Source: an uncultured Chloroflexia bacterium
GTDB lineage: Bacteria; Chloroflexota; Limnocylindria; Limnocylindrales; CSP1-4
NCBI GenBank assembly: GCA_963750125.1
Contig: CAVVPT010000026.1
Coordinates: 88,993 to 152,992 of the forward strand
DNA: 64,000 bases
Reading direction: 5' to 3'
Below, piece by piece: positions 10,456 through 19,877 of the stretch (its first letter is position 1; each line of letters starts with the position of its first letter). The notes beneath the pieces were generated by a model, which worked only from the letters and a program-made list of their open reading frames with translations, searched no databases and was not told where the DNA came from. The translations under genes were made by a program, and so were the position numbers.

Positions 10456-11148
10456 TTGAGGCGCTGCGCCGGGGTGCTGTTGATCGTGGTTCCGATCGTC
10501 TTCAACGGGGCATTCTTCGCGCTCGCTCGGGCCTTCGACTACCCGGACATCCTGCGCAGGGAGCCGGACGAGATCCTGCGGCGCTTCGCCGCGGGTGGTC
10601 CCGGCCTCCTCCTCCGTTGGGAGCTCCTGCTCCTCAGCGCGCTGGCGATGTTGCCGCTGGCGGCCGTCCTGGCCGTGGCCCTGGCCGCGCCGCCAACGCT
10701 GAGCGCGCTCGCGGTCGTGCTCGGCGTGTCGGCCGCCCTCGTGCAGGCGCTCGGCCTCGTGCGCTGGCCGTACGGCGTGGCCGAGCTGGCGCGACGTTAC
10801 GTCGCCGCGCCGGCAGGTCCTTCGGGCGACTCGACCCGCGAGGCGCTCGTCGTCACGTTCGCCACGCTCCACCGGCTCCTGGGCGTCGGAGTGGGGGAGC
10901 ATCTCGGCTACCTGCTGACCGGGCTCTGGACGCTGGCGGTGGCGGCTTCGATCGTCGCCACGCCGGTCATTCCCGCCTGGATGGGATTCATCGGGATCCC
11001 GATCGGCGGCGCGATCCTTGTGGGCGTCCTCGAGTTTGCCGGTCCCAACGAACCGGACGGTTGGGCGTTCGCCGGGGCCGTCGTGCCCATCGCGTACGTC
11101 GCGTGGTCCGTGTGGCTGATCGCGCTCGGGATCCTGGTGCTGATCTGA
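10456..11148 (+). CDS. DUF4386-like integral membrane protein
   Basis: Six hydrophobic segments and the FDYPDILRREPDEILRRFAAGG motif typical of DUF4386. The start (TTG at 10456) is uncertain. Confidence 0.6.
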   Translation: MRRCAGVLLIVVPIVFNGAFFALARAFDYPDILRREPDEILRRFAAGGPGLLLRWELLLLSALAMLPLAAVLAVALAAPPTLSALAVVLGVSAALVQALGLVRWPYGVAELARRYVAAPAGPSGDSTREALVVTFATLHRLLGVGVGEHLGYLLTGLWTLAVAASIVATPVIPAWMGFIGIPIGGAILVGVLEFAGPNEPDGWAFAGAVVPIAYVAWSVWLIALGILVLI

Positions 11149-11150
11149 CG

Positions 11151-12611
11151 GTGGACGTCACGAAACCGGCAGTCGAGGACGCGATCCGAGCGATCGATCC
11201 CGCTGGCGTCGCCTCGGCACGCTGGTTTGGAGGCAAGGGCCGCGCGATCCGTTCGATCGAGCTGGCGGAGGCGTTCGTGCTGCCCGGCGACGGCAGGCAG
11301 GTCCTGGCGGTCGCGGACGTCGTCTACGAGCGCGGACCAGCCGAGGCGTACCTGTTCCCGCTCGTGGCCGAAGCAGGTGCGCTGCGGCTGGCGGCGGACG
11401 GCGACGGCACGTTCCAGGCATTGGCCGGCGCGATCGCCGAGGGGCGGACGATCGCGGCCCTCCCTTCCGTCCCGGACGGATCCGCGGAACCAGATCAGGC
11501 TGGCGCGGTCACGGCGGCGCTCGTGTGCCGTCCGGCCTCGGGCCTTCGCGACGCGGAGCCCGGCGGTGCTCCTGCGGTGGGTCGGCTCGCCGAGCGGCCG
11601 CTCGGCATGGACCAGTCGAACACCAGCGTGGTGCTCGGGGAGCGGCTTCTGCTCAAGGCCTACCGCTGGCTCCAGCCGGGCCTGAACCCCGACCTCGAGC
11701 TCGTCGCCTACCTGACCGAGGAAGCCGGCTTCAGCGCCGTCCCGCCGCTCGCGGGCTACGCCGAGGTCGTATCGCGTTCGAGCGAGCCGGCAACCGTGGC
11801 ACTGCTCCAGGCGTTCGTGGCCGACGCCGCGGACGCATACGAGTCGCTCGCCGAGACGCTGACCGAGTGGTTGCTCGCGCCGGGCAGCGTCAGCGTCGAG
11901 TTCGCGACCGAGATCGCCGCCGACATCGGCGCGCTCAGCGCGGGTCTCCACGGGGCGCTGGCTTCGGCCCACGGCGTTCCCGGCTTCGAGCCGCGGCCGG
12001 CGACCCGCGACGAGCTCCGCAGCTGGCACGAGCACGCGCGCACGCAGCTGGACCGGGCGCTCGACGTTACATCGGGCGAGCCGGGGCGTGTCCTACGCGA
12101 GCTCTCGCCACGGATCGCCGAGGAACTGACGATCTTCGAAGCGCTTCCGACCGAGCCGCTCGTGACACGCGTCCACGGCGACTACCACCTGGGCCAGGTG
12201 ATCGCAGCTCCGGACGGCTTCCGGATCGTGGACTTCGAGGGGGAACCGACCCGCGGCCTCGAGGAGCGGCGCGCGCACCGGTCGCCACTCCGGGATGTCG
12301 CCTCGATGCTGCGCTCATTCGATCACGTGGGGCGCAGCGCCGGACGTCGCGCCGAGGCACGGAACGGCGGCCCCGTCGCGAGTCCCGGTCTCGAGCTGGA
12401 CGCGTGGCTACGCCGCTCGCGCGAGCGGTTCCTCGAGGCGTATCGCGTGGGGCTCCGACAGGCCGGCGCGCCGATCGAGATCGACCCGGCGCTGGTCAAG
12501 GCCTTCGAGATCGAGAAGGAGTGCTACGAGTTCGTGTACGCGGCCACGTACCTGCCGGAGTGGTTGTGGGCGCCGACCGAGGGGATGCGTGCCCTGATGG
12601 CGACCTCGTGA
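11151..12611 (+). CDS. mak: Maltokinase (maltose 1-phosphate-forming, Pep2/Mak family, APH kinase fold)
   Basis: ARWFGGKGR N-terminal cap; MDQSNTSVVLGERLLLKAYRWLQPGLNPDLEL; catalytic HGDYHLGQV..DFEGEP. GTG start 2 nt after the previous stop. Confidence 0.8.
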   Translation: MDVTKPAVEDAIRAIDPAGVASARWFGGKGRAIRSIELAEAFVLPGDGRQVLAVADVVYERGPAEAYLFPLVAEAGALRLAADGDGTFQALAGAIAEGRTIAALPSVPDGSAEPDQAGAVTAALVCRPASGLRDAEPGGAPAVGRLAERPLGMDQSNTSVVLGERLLLKAYRWLQPGLNPDLELVAYLTEEAGFSAVPPLAGYAEVVSRSSEPATVALLQAFVADAADAYESLAETLTEWLLAPGSVSVEFATEIAADIGALSAGLHGALASAHGVPGFEPRPATRDELRSWHEHARTQLDRALDVTSGEPGRVLRELSPRIAEELTIFEALPTEPLVTRVHGDYHLGQVIAAPDGFRIVDFEGEPTRGLEERRAHRSPLRDVASMLRSFDHVGRSAGRRAEARNGGPVASPGLELDAWLRRSRERFLEAYRVGLRQAGAPIEIDPALVKAFEIEKECYEFVYAATYLPEWLWAPTEGMRALMATS

Positions 12612-13600
12612 TGATCGACAGGCCGGCGGCGCTGCTCGAGGAGGTGCTCGGCGAGCCGACGATGCTGGAAGGTCTCCTCGACGCGTACGGCGCCACGGGC
12701 GGCCCGCTGAGCGAGCTCCCCGGGGTGGGAGGCCCGATCCGGATCGTCTTCGCGGGGCTCGGCAGCTCTCGATACGCCGCGCTCGATGCCGCCGTGCCGC
12801 TTCAGGCGGCGGGCCAGGCGGCGTGGGTGGAATTCGCCTCGGCGGATGCCGCGACGCCGCCGTCCCGGGACGTGATCCTCGTGGCGATCTCGGCGTCGGG
12901 CCGCACAGCCGAAACCGTCGCAGTGGCCGAGCGGCATCGCGGGACAGGCCTCGTGGTCGCGGTCACGAATCAGCCGGCGTCGCCGCTCGCCGTGGCGGCC
13001 GACGTCGTGCTGCCGCTCGTCGCCGGAGTCGAAGTGTCCGGCGTGTCGTCGCGGACATTCCTCGCCACGACCATCGTGCTGAGCCTGCTTGGCGATCGTC
13101 TGTGTGGGCGCGCACCCGATATCGCGGCGCTTCGGCCGGCTGTCGAGGGCCTCGACGCCGTGATCGAGGGTCGACGGGCGTGGCTCGCGAAGACGGCCGA
13201 GGTCTTCGACGGCGCAGAGGCAGTCGGCGTCATCGGACCGGCGAGCAGCCAGGGCCTGGCCGAGCAGGCCGCGCTGATGCTCCGGGAAGGGCCACGCCTG
13301 CGTGCCTCGGCGCACGAGGCGGTGGACTGGCTCCATACCGCGATCTACACCGCGCTCCCGGGCTATCGAGCCCTGCTCCTGCCGGTCACTCTCGACGCAG
13401 GGCGGCTGGCCGCCGTTGTCGCCGGCCGGGGTGGGGAGACCGTCGCGTTTGCGTCCGCCGACGACGGGCCGGCTGACATCCCATCGGGACGCGTGGCCTT
13501 GCCAGCCGGTGCGCCTGCACGGCTCCTCACCCCTGCCGTGGTGGACATCCTGGCGGCGGAACTCTGGTCCCGAGCCTCCGCTCGAGGGACAGCGCCGTGA
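12608..13600 (+). CDS. Double SIS-domain sugar-phosphate isomerase/deglycase-like protein (GlmS C-terminal/FrlB/AgaS-like)
   Basis: GLGSSRYAA and ISASGRTAET SIS motifs. The start overlaps the mak stop (GTGATGA). Confidence 0.7.
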   Translation: MMIDRPAALLEEVLGEPTMLEGLLDAYGATGGPLSELPGVGGPIRIVFAGLGSSRYAALDAAVPLQAAGQAAWVEFASADAATPPSRDVILVAISASGRTAETVAVAERHRGTGLVVAVTNQPASPLAVAADVVLPLVAGVEVSGVSSRTFLATTIVLSLLGDRLCGRAPDIAALRPAVEGLDAVIEGRRAWLAKTAEVFDGAEAVGVIGPASSQGLAEQAALMLREGPRLRASAHEAVDWLHTAIYTALPGYRALLLPVTLDAGRLAAVVAGRGGETVAFASADDGPADIPSGRVALPAGAPARLLTPAVVDILAAELWSRASARGTAP

Positions 13601-14487
13601 GTACACGAACGCGACCGCCGACGCGCACCAGGTTCAACCGCGCAATCAGCGCATGGCACGTCAGGTCGCACCGCGACCTGCCGGTCCGCCGCGCCACCGA
13701 GCCGTGGCCCATCCTCGTCGCCGAGGTCATGTCCCAGCAGACTCAGATCGAGCGGATCGGGGGTGCGTGGGAGCGGTTCGTCGGGACATGGCCCGAACCG
13801 CGCGGGCTGGCCGCTGCCGAAACGCGCGACCTGCTCCGCGCGTGGGCCGGGCTCGGGTACAACCGGCGGGCACTGGCGCTGCGCGAAGCGGCGCGGATGA
13901 TCGTGCGCGAGCACCACGGACGGGTTCCTGCCACCATCGCGGAGCTCGAGCGGCTGCCCGGCGTCGGGCCGTACACGGCCCGCGCCGTCGCGGCAGCGGC
14001 GTTCGGTGCGCCGGTCGCGCCCTTGGACGTCAACGTTCGGCGCGTCGTCGGGCGCGTCGTCGGCGGGACGCTATCGCCGGGCCGACTCCAGGACGACGCC
14101 GACGGGCTGGTGTCGCGCGACGATCCGCGGGCGTGGGTGGACGCCGTCATGGACCTGGCGGCCACGATCTGCACCGCTCGCGCTCCGCGCTGCAAGGCGT
14201 GCCCGTTGGCGGGGATCTGCCGCTCCGCAGGAACGTTCGGGGAGGCGGCCCGCACCGCGCCGAACGTGTCGACCCCGGCCACACCGTTCCCGCAGACCAA
14301 TCGCTGGCTGCGCGGCCGCCTGCTCGCGGCGATCCGGGACGCGCCGGCAGGCAGCTGGATCGATGCCCCCGACGAGTTGGGCGATCACGACCGCAAGGCG
14401 GTCTCCGCCGCTCTCCGCGGACTCGAACGCGATGGGTTCGTAGAATTCCGCGACGGGCGCGCTCGCCTCGCGTCCGACCGGCCGTGA
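13597..14487 (+). CDS. HhH-GPD family DNA glycosylase, MutY-like (no NUDIX domain visible)
   Basis: EVMSQQTQ, LGYNRRA, HhH element LPGVGPYTA, and 4Fe-4S loop CTARAPRCKACPLAGIC. GTGA overlap with the previous gene. Confidence 0.75.
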   Translation: MSTRTRPPTRTRFNRAISAWHVRSHRDLPVRRATEPWPILVAEVMSQQTQIERIGGAWERFVGTWPEPRGLAAAETRDLLRAWAGLGYNRRALALREAARMIVREHHGRVPATIAELERLPGVGPYTARAVAAAAFGAPVAPLDVNVRRVVGRVVGGTLSPGRLQDDADGLVSRDDPRAWVDAVMDLAATICTARAPRCKACPLAGICRSAGTFGEAARTAPNVSTPATPFPQTNRWLRGRLLAAIRDAPAGSWIDAPDELGDHDRKAVSAALRGLERDGFVEFRDGRARLASDRP

Positions 14488-14521
14488 GGCTCTCGAACCG
14501 GGCGCGCTAGGCTTCGCGCTG

Positions 14522-15325
14522 ATGACAGCCTCCCCGGAGACGACGAACACGCGGACGCCGTTGCCCGCGGACGACCCCGAGCTGTTCGAGCTCGATCTGC
14601 GCGGGCTCCGCCGGCGATGGGCGGACCGCGCCGCGCTACCGCCGATAAGCGCGGAGACGATGACCGGCGCTGACCGCCGAGCACAGGCGCTGGGCGTTCC
14701 GGAGGAGCGGCTCATGGAGCACGCCGGGACCGCCGTCGCGGCGGCGGTTCGCGCGCTTGCCGTCGATCTCGATCGGTGGGGCAGCGGCCCGATCGTGATC
14801 TTCGCCGGACCGGGCAACAACGGTGGCGACGGGTTCGTGGCGGCGCGTCGCCTGGCCCTTGCGGGGGCCGAGGTCGTGGTCGTCCTCGTCGCATCGGAGA
14901 TCCGGCCAAGGGGCGCCACCTCGGCACGCAACTGGGACCGGATCGCGCGCGATGCCGGGATCCGGATCGTCCACACGCCGGTAGCGCGCGACGTGGCGAT
15001 GCTCGGACAGGGCATCGACAGGGCCGCAGTCGTCGTCGATGCGCTCCTCGGGACCGGCGTGCGTGGCGTCCTGCGCGAACCCGTGCGCAGCACGGTCGAG
15101 CTCATCGGGCGTGCATCGGCGGACGGTATGCCAGTGGTTGCCGTCGACACCCCGACCGCGGTGGACCTGTCGAGCGGGGAGCCGTCCGACCCTGCCGTGC
15201 GGGCCGACCTGACCGTCACGTTTCACCGCCCCAAGACCGGGCTGCTGACCAGGCGCGGATCGGCACACGCCGGAAAGGTCCTGGTGGCCCCGATCGGCAT
15301 CCCGCCGGGCGCCGACCGTGGCTGA
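14522..15325 (+). CDS. nnrE: NAD(P)H-hydrate epimerase (YjeF N-terminal domain)
   Basis: FAGPGNNGGDGFVAARRL and VDALLGTG motifs. Confidence 0.8.
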   Translation: MTASPETTNTRTPLPADDPELFELDLRGLRRRWADRAALPPISAETMTGADRRAQALGVPEERLMEHAGTAVAAAVRALAVDLDRWGSGPIVIFAGPGNNGGDGFVAARRLALAGAEVVVVLVASEIRPRGATSARNWDRIARDAGIRIVHTPVARDVAMLGQGIDRAAVVVDALLGTGVRGVLREPVRSTVELIGRASADGMPVVAVDTPTAVDLSSGEPSDPAVRADLTVTFHRPKTGLLTRRGSAHAGKVLVAPIGIPPGADRG

Positions 15326-15524
15326 CCGCCGCGAGGTCGGACCGCTCCAGGTGGTGCTCGTCGCGGCCGCCTGCGTCGCGGTCGTGGCAGCCGCTGTCGT
15401 CGTGACGATCCTGCTCCCGGACGATCTCGAGGCGGTCGTCTACCGGACGCCGCTGGCCATCGGCGTGCTGATCGGTGTGACGGCCGTCGTGCTCTGGCGG
15501 ATCGCCCGCCAGCAGCGTTCCTGA
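15318..15524 (+). CDS. Small hypothetical membrane protein (two hydrophobic helices)
   Basis: 68-aa ORF overlapping the nnrE stop by 8 nt. Hydrophobic (VVLVAAACVAVVAAAVVVTILL, LAIGVLIGVTAVVLW). No homology is recognisable. Confidence 0.35.
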   Translation: MADRREVGPLQVVLVAAACVAVVAAAVVVTILLPDDLEAVVYRTPLAIGVLIGVTAVVLWRIARQQRS

Positions 15525-15650
15525 GCCTGCGGTGCGCCGACGCCTTCAGACGAAAGTCGGGGCTGTACAGGACCGGTGCGACCGCGTAGATTCCGCCGGT
15601 AAAACGCTCCGGCAGCGTCCGGAGCCAGAACAGTAGCTCGACGCACTCGG

Positions 15651-15709
15651 ACTCCTCTCACGGCTGACGCGAGAAACCCGATGGGATCGCGCCGGCTACC
15701 GAGAGGAGT
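15651..15709 (+). promoter_or_regulatory. Possible SD-sequestering helix in the 5' leader of the zinc-ribbon gene
   Basis: actcctctc (15651-15659) is perfectly complementary to gagaggagt (15701-15709). The latter contains the only Shine-Dalgarno-like element, 10 nt before the GTG at 15719. Confidence 0.3.
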
Positions 15710-15718
15710 TTCGTTTTC

Positions 15719-16087
15719 GTGTACACCAACAAGACCCTGACCTGCGCGGACTGTGGACAGGAGTTCGTTTTCACCGCATCCGAGCAGGACTTCTACGCGC
15801 AGCGTGGCTTCACCGAGCCGCGCCGCTGCGCCTCGTGTCGGGCGAGCCGCAAGGCCGCCCGCAACGAAGCCTCCGGCGGCGACGAGTCGTTCGGCAGCTA
15901 CGGCGCCGGCGGCGGCTATTCGGCCGGCGGCTACGGCGGTGGTGGCGGTGGCTACCGCGACCGCCCGCGTGAGATGTTCAGCGCGACATGTTCGAACTGC
16001 GGCAAGGAAGCCCAGGTCCCGTTCCGCCCGACCAGCGGCAAGCCCGTCTACTGCAGCGACTGCTTCCGGAGCATGCGCGGCAACTGA
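15719..16087 (+). CDS. Double zinc-ribbon protein (two CxxC..CxxC modules joined by a Gly-rich linker)
   Basis: CADCGQEFVFTASEQDFYAQRGFTEPRRCASC and CSNCGKEAQVPFRPTSGKPVYCSDC are separated by GGYSAGGYGGGGGGY. A strong SD (gagaggag) lies upstream. Confidence 0.75.
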   Translation: MYTNKTLTCADCGQEFVFTASEQDFYAQRGFTEPRRCASCRASRKAARNEASGGDESFGSYGAGGGYSAGGYGGGGGGYRDRPREMFSATCSNCGKEAQVPFRPTSGKPVYCSDCFRSMRGN

Positions 16088-16103
16088 TCCTCATCCTCTC
16101 GGC

Positions 16104-16124
16104 GCGGGCCGACCAACGGCCCGC
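16104..16124 (+). terminator. GC-rich hairpin downstream of the zinc-ribbon gene (no U tract)
   Basis: gcgggccg-accaa-cggcccgc forms an 8-bp perfect stem starting 17 nt after the stop codon. Confidence 0.35.
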
Positions 16125-16313
16125 CGAACCAGCGTGATCCACGACCCGGGTTGTCAGCCGACCCGGGTCGTATCGTGTCGGGCACCTCCGCGCTCGGTTG
16201 CGGGAGTCGCAACCCCGCGCGTACCATCGAAGCGATGACCCACCTGCCCACCCGGCACCTCGTCCCTTCTGTTCGGGGTGCCGGCGTCGAGGCGCTTCGA
16301 GGCACCTGATCCA

Positions 16314-17756
16314 ATGGCCGTCGGCTCCTCCAACGATTTCGATCTCGTCGTGCTCGGTGCGGGCACCGGCGGGTACACCGCCGCCTTCCGTGCAGCGCAA
16401 CTCGGCCTCAAGGTCGCGCTCGTCGACGAGGACAAGATCGGGGGGACGTGCCTCCACCGTGGCTGCATCCCGACCAAGGCGCTGTTGGAGTCGGCCGCCT
16501 TCGCAGACCGCGTTCGCCACGCCAAGGACCTCGGCCTCGTGCTTCCCGGCGAGCCGGAGATCGACTACGCGGTGATGGCAGCGAGGCGCGACGCCGTCGT
16601 CAAGCGGATGTGGACCGGTGTGAAGTCGCTCATCACGAAGAACAAGGTCACCTGGATCCAGGGGCGAGGCCGGCTCGACGGGCCGCGCAAGGTGCGTGTC
16701 GATCAGGCCGGCGAGGACGGCACGCCCGGTGCCGGCGGCGAGCGGGTGCTCAACGCGAACGACGTGATCCTCGCGACCGGCTCGCGGGTGAAGTCGCTGC
16801 CCGGCCTCGAGATCGACGGCAAGCGGATCGTGACCAGCGACGAGGTCCTCACGCTAGAGACCCTGCCCAAGGACATCGTGATCGTCGGCGCCGGGGCGGT
16901 CGGGGTGGAGTTCGCCTCGATGTTCCACGACCTCGGCGTGAAGGTCACACTGCTCGAGTACCTGCCGAACATCGTGCCCCTCGAGGATCCCGAGGTAAGC
17001 CGCGTCGTCGAGCGCAGCTTCCAGAAGCGCGGCATCACGGTGATGACAAGCGCCCGCTTCGACGCGAAGTCGGTGACGACGGACGACAAGGGCGTGTGCG
17101 TCGATGTCGGGCCTGAGGGCAAGGACACGGCCGAGCTGCGAGCCGAGATGATGCTGGTCGCGACCGGCCGGGCGGCGAACATCGAGAACATCGGTCTCGA
17201 GACGACGAAGGTCGAGACCGACCGGGGGATCATCAAGGTCGACGGACACATGCGGACGCGCGAGCCGCACGTCTACGCGATCGGGGACATCGTCGGCGGG
17301 TTGTGGCTCGCCCACACTGCGGGCCACGAGGGCATCACGGCGGCCCACGTCATCGCCGGCGAGGCCGACGTCCACGCGATCGACTACAACGCCCAGCCGC
17401 GCGCCACGTACTGCCGACCGGAGGTGGCGTCGATCGGTCTGACCGAGCCACAGGCCAAGGAGCAGGGCTACGACATCAAGGTCGGCAAGGTCCCGTTCCA
17501 GGCGATCGCCAAGGCGCTCATCGTCGGCGAGTACGAAGGATTCGCCAAGATCATCGGGGACAAGAAGACCAACGACACGCTCGGTGTCCACATCGTCGGC
17601 CCGCACGCGACCGACCTGATCGCCGAGGCCTCGCTCGCGTTCCAGCTCGATGCCACGCCGTGGGAGATCGGCGGCGCGACCCACGCGCACCCGACGCTGG
17701 CCGAAGTGGTCGGGGAGGCCGCCATGGCAGTCGACGGCCAGAGCATCAACTTCTAG
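16314..17756 (+). CDS. lpdA: Dihydrolipoyl dehydrogenase (E3)
   Basis: FAD motif GAGTGGY, redox-active disulfide GGTCLHRGCIPTK, NAD motif GAGAVGVE, and C-terminal HAHPTLAE. Confidence 0.92.
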   Translation: MAVGSSNDFDLVVLGAGTGGYTAAFRAAQLGLKVALVDEDKIGGTCLHRGCIPTKALLESAAFADRVRHAKDLGLVLPGEPEIDYAVMAARRDAVVKRMWTGVKSLITKNKVTWIQGRGRLDGPRKVRVDQAGEDGTPGAGGERVLNANDVILATGSRVKSLPGLEIDGKRIVTSDEVLTLETLPKDIVIVGAGAVGVEFASMFHDLGVKVTLLEYLPNIVPLEDPEVSRVVERSFQKRGITVMTSARFDAKSVTTDDKGVCVDVGPEGKDTAELRAEMMLVATGRAANIENIGLETTKVETDRGIIKVDGHMRTREPHVYAIGDIVGGLWLAHTAGHEGITAAHVIAGEADVHAIDYNAQPRATYCRPEVASIGLTEPQAKEQGYDIKVGKVPFQAIAKALIVGEYEGFAKIIGDKKTNDTLGVHIVGPHATDLIAEASLAFQLDATPWEIGGATHAHPTLAEVVGEAAMAVDGQSINF

Positions 17757-17791
17757 CGGTCTTCCGCAGCCCAGGAGGTCGACCCGGATCG

Positions 17792-18877
17792 ATGGCGAGC
17801 ACCAAAGACCGCGTCGAGCATCTCGGGGCGTCGGTCGGGTTGACCGACGACGAGCTGATCGAGATGTACCGGCTCGTCGCATTGGCCCGGGCCGTCGACG
17901 AGCGCATGTGGATCCTCAACCGCGCCGGCCGAATCCCGTTCGTGATCAGCGGCCAGGGGCACGAGGGGGCCCAGGTGGCGATCGCCTGGCCGATGCGCAA
18001 GCATCACGACTGGATCGCGCCGTTCTACCGCTCGATCGCGACGTGTCTCACGTTCGGGATGAGCGCGCGGGACATCATGACCGCGCAGTACGCCACCGCC
18101 TCGGATCCCTCGTCGGGCGGGCGCCAGATGCCCGGCCACTACGGCTCGCACGAGCACAACCTGGTGTCGGTCTCGTCACCAGTCGCGACGCAGCTCCTGC
18201 ATGCGGTCGGCATCGCGCTGGCCGCCAAGATCCGCCGGACGGACCAGGTCGCCATGACGATCATGGGCGAGGGGTCCTCGAACCAGGGCGACGTGCACGA
18301 GGGCCTGAACTTCGCCGCGATCCACAAGCTCCCGTTCGTGTTCGTCGTCGAGAACAACGGCTATGCGATCAGCGTGCCCATGGCGCGGCAGGTCGCCGGG
18401 TCCAGCGTCTGGGAGCGCGCCGCCGGATACGGCATCCCCGGCGTCGTCGTCGACGGTGCTGACGTATTAGCGTGCTACCACGCTGCCAAGGTAGCGGTGG
18501 ATCGCGCGCGAGCGGGGGACGGCCCGACATTGATCGAAGCCAAGGTCACGCGCCTGACCGCGCACTCGTCCGACGATCAGCAGACGAAGTACCGGTCCGA
18601 GGAGGAGCTGGCCGCCGAGAAGGAGCGCGATCCGCTGCCGCGCTTCCGCGACCAGCTGCGCAGTGCGGGGATTCTGACTGACGAGGTCGAGGTCCGCCTG
18701 TCGCTCGAGCTCCAGGCCGCCGTGGACGACGCGACCGCGTACGCCGAAGCGCAACCCGATCCGGACCCGACGACCGCGATGGACTGGGTCTTCGCCGAGC
18801 GCTGGCCGTCGGAGGAGCTCCCGCCGTGGGGTTTCGGGACCGAGGGCGGCCACGCCGCCGAGCACGAGGCGGGCTGA
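17792..18877 (+). CDS. 2-oxoacid (branched-chain type) dehydrogenase E1 alpha subunit, TPP-dependent
   Basis: GQGHEGAQVA, GGRQMPGHYGS and GEGSSNQGDVHEGLNFA motifs. Located between lpd and E1 beta. Confidence 0.88.
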   Translation: MASTKDRVEHLGASVGLTDDELIEMYRLVALARAVDERMWILNRAGRIPFVISGQGHEGAQVAIAWPMRKHHDWIAPFYRSIATCLTFGMSARDIMTAQYATASDPSSGGRQMPGHYGSHEHNLVSVSSPVATQLLHAVGIALAAKIRRTDQVAMTIMGEGSSNQGDVHEGLNFAAIHKLPFVFVVENNGYAISVPMARQVAGSSVWERAAGYGIPGVVVDGADVLACYHAAKVAVDRARAGDGPTLIEAKVTRLTAHSSDDQQTKYRSEEELAAEKERDPLPRFRDQLRSAGILTDEVEVRLSLELQAAVDDATAYAEAQPDPDPTTAMDWVFAERWPSEELPPWGFGTEGGHAAEHEAG

Positions 18878-18880
18878 GGG

Positions 18881-19864
18881 ATGCCCCCGAGGACCTTCAT
18901 CGAGGCGATCCGCGACACCCTCGCCGACGAGATGCGTCGCGACGAGAACGTGATCGTGCTCGGTGAGGACGTCGGCAAGAAGGGTGGCGTCTTCCTGGCG
19001 ACCGACGGCCTGTGGGCCGAGTTCGGCGACGAACGAGTGATCGACACGCCGCTGACCGAGTCGATGATCATCGGCACCTCGATCGGCGCCGCCGTCAACG
19101 GCCTGCGGCCCGTCGCGGAGATCCAGTTCGCCGACTTCATCCACCCCGCCTTCAACCAGCTTGTGTCCGAGGCGGCCCGGATGCGCTATCGCTCGAACAA
19201 CGGCTACTCGGTGCCGATGACGGTCCGCGCCCCGTACGGCGGCGGCGTCCACGGCGCGCTGTATCACTCACAGTCGATCGAGGCGTTCTACACGCACGTG
19301 CCGGGCATCAAGGTGGTGATCCCCTCGACGCCCTACGACGCGCGCGGCCTGCTCCGTTCGTCGATCCGTGATGACGACCCGGTGCTCTTCCTCGAGCACA
19401 AGAAGATGTACCGCTCAGTGCGCGGCGACGTCCCCGAGAGTGACTACACGGTCCCGCTTGGGAAGGCGCGGATCAGCCACCCCGGAACGCAGATGACCGT
19501 GGTGGCGTACGGGCTGATGGCCCACTACGCGCTCGAGGCGGCCGACGCGGTCGAAGAGGAGGGGATCAGCGTCGAGGTCGTCGATCTGCGCACGCTGCGT
19601 CCGCTCGACAAGGAAACGCTGCTCGACTCGGTCCGCAAGACCGGCAAGTGCCTGATCGTGTACGAGGACAACCGCTTCGGCGGTTACGGGGCCGAAATCG
19701 CCGCGATCGTGGCCGAGGAGGCCTTCGACTACCTCGACGGCCCGGTGACCCGAATCGCCGGTCCGGACGTGCCCGGCGTCCCGTATAACCACGTCCTCGA
19801 GGACTGGTTCATGGTCAACCCCGAAAAGATCGCGGACGCGGTCCGCAAGCTCGCCGCGTATTAG
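18881..19864 (+). CDS. 2-oxoacid dehydrogenase E1 beta subunit
   Basis: VIVLGEDVGKKGGVF, DTPLTESMIIG and the transketolase C-terminal-like half. Starts 3 nt after the E1 alpha stop. Confidence 0.9.
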   Translation: MPPRTFIEAIRDTLADEMRRDENVIVLGEDVGKKGGVFLATDGLWAEFGDERVIDTPLTESMIIGTSIGAAVNGLRPVAEIQFADFIHPAFNQLVSEAARMRYRSNNGYSVPMTVRAPYGGGVHGALYHSQSIEAFYTHVPGIKVVIPSTPYDARGLLRSSIRDDDPVLFLEHKKMYRSVRGDVPESDYTVPLGKARISHPGTQMTVVAYGLMAHYALEAADAVEEEGISVEVVDLRTLRPLDKETLLDSVRKTGKCLIVYEDNRFGGYGAEIAAIVAEEAFDYLDGPVTRIAGPDVPGVPYNHVLEDWFMVNPEKIADAVRKLAAY

Positions 19865-19877
19865 GGAGGCTGGCGAC

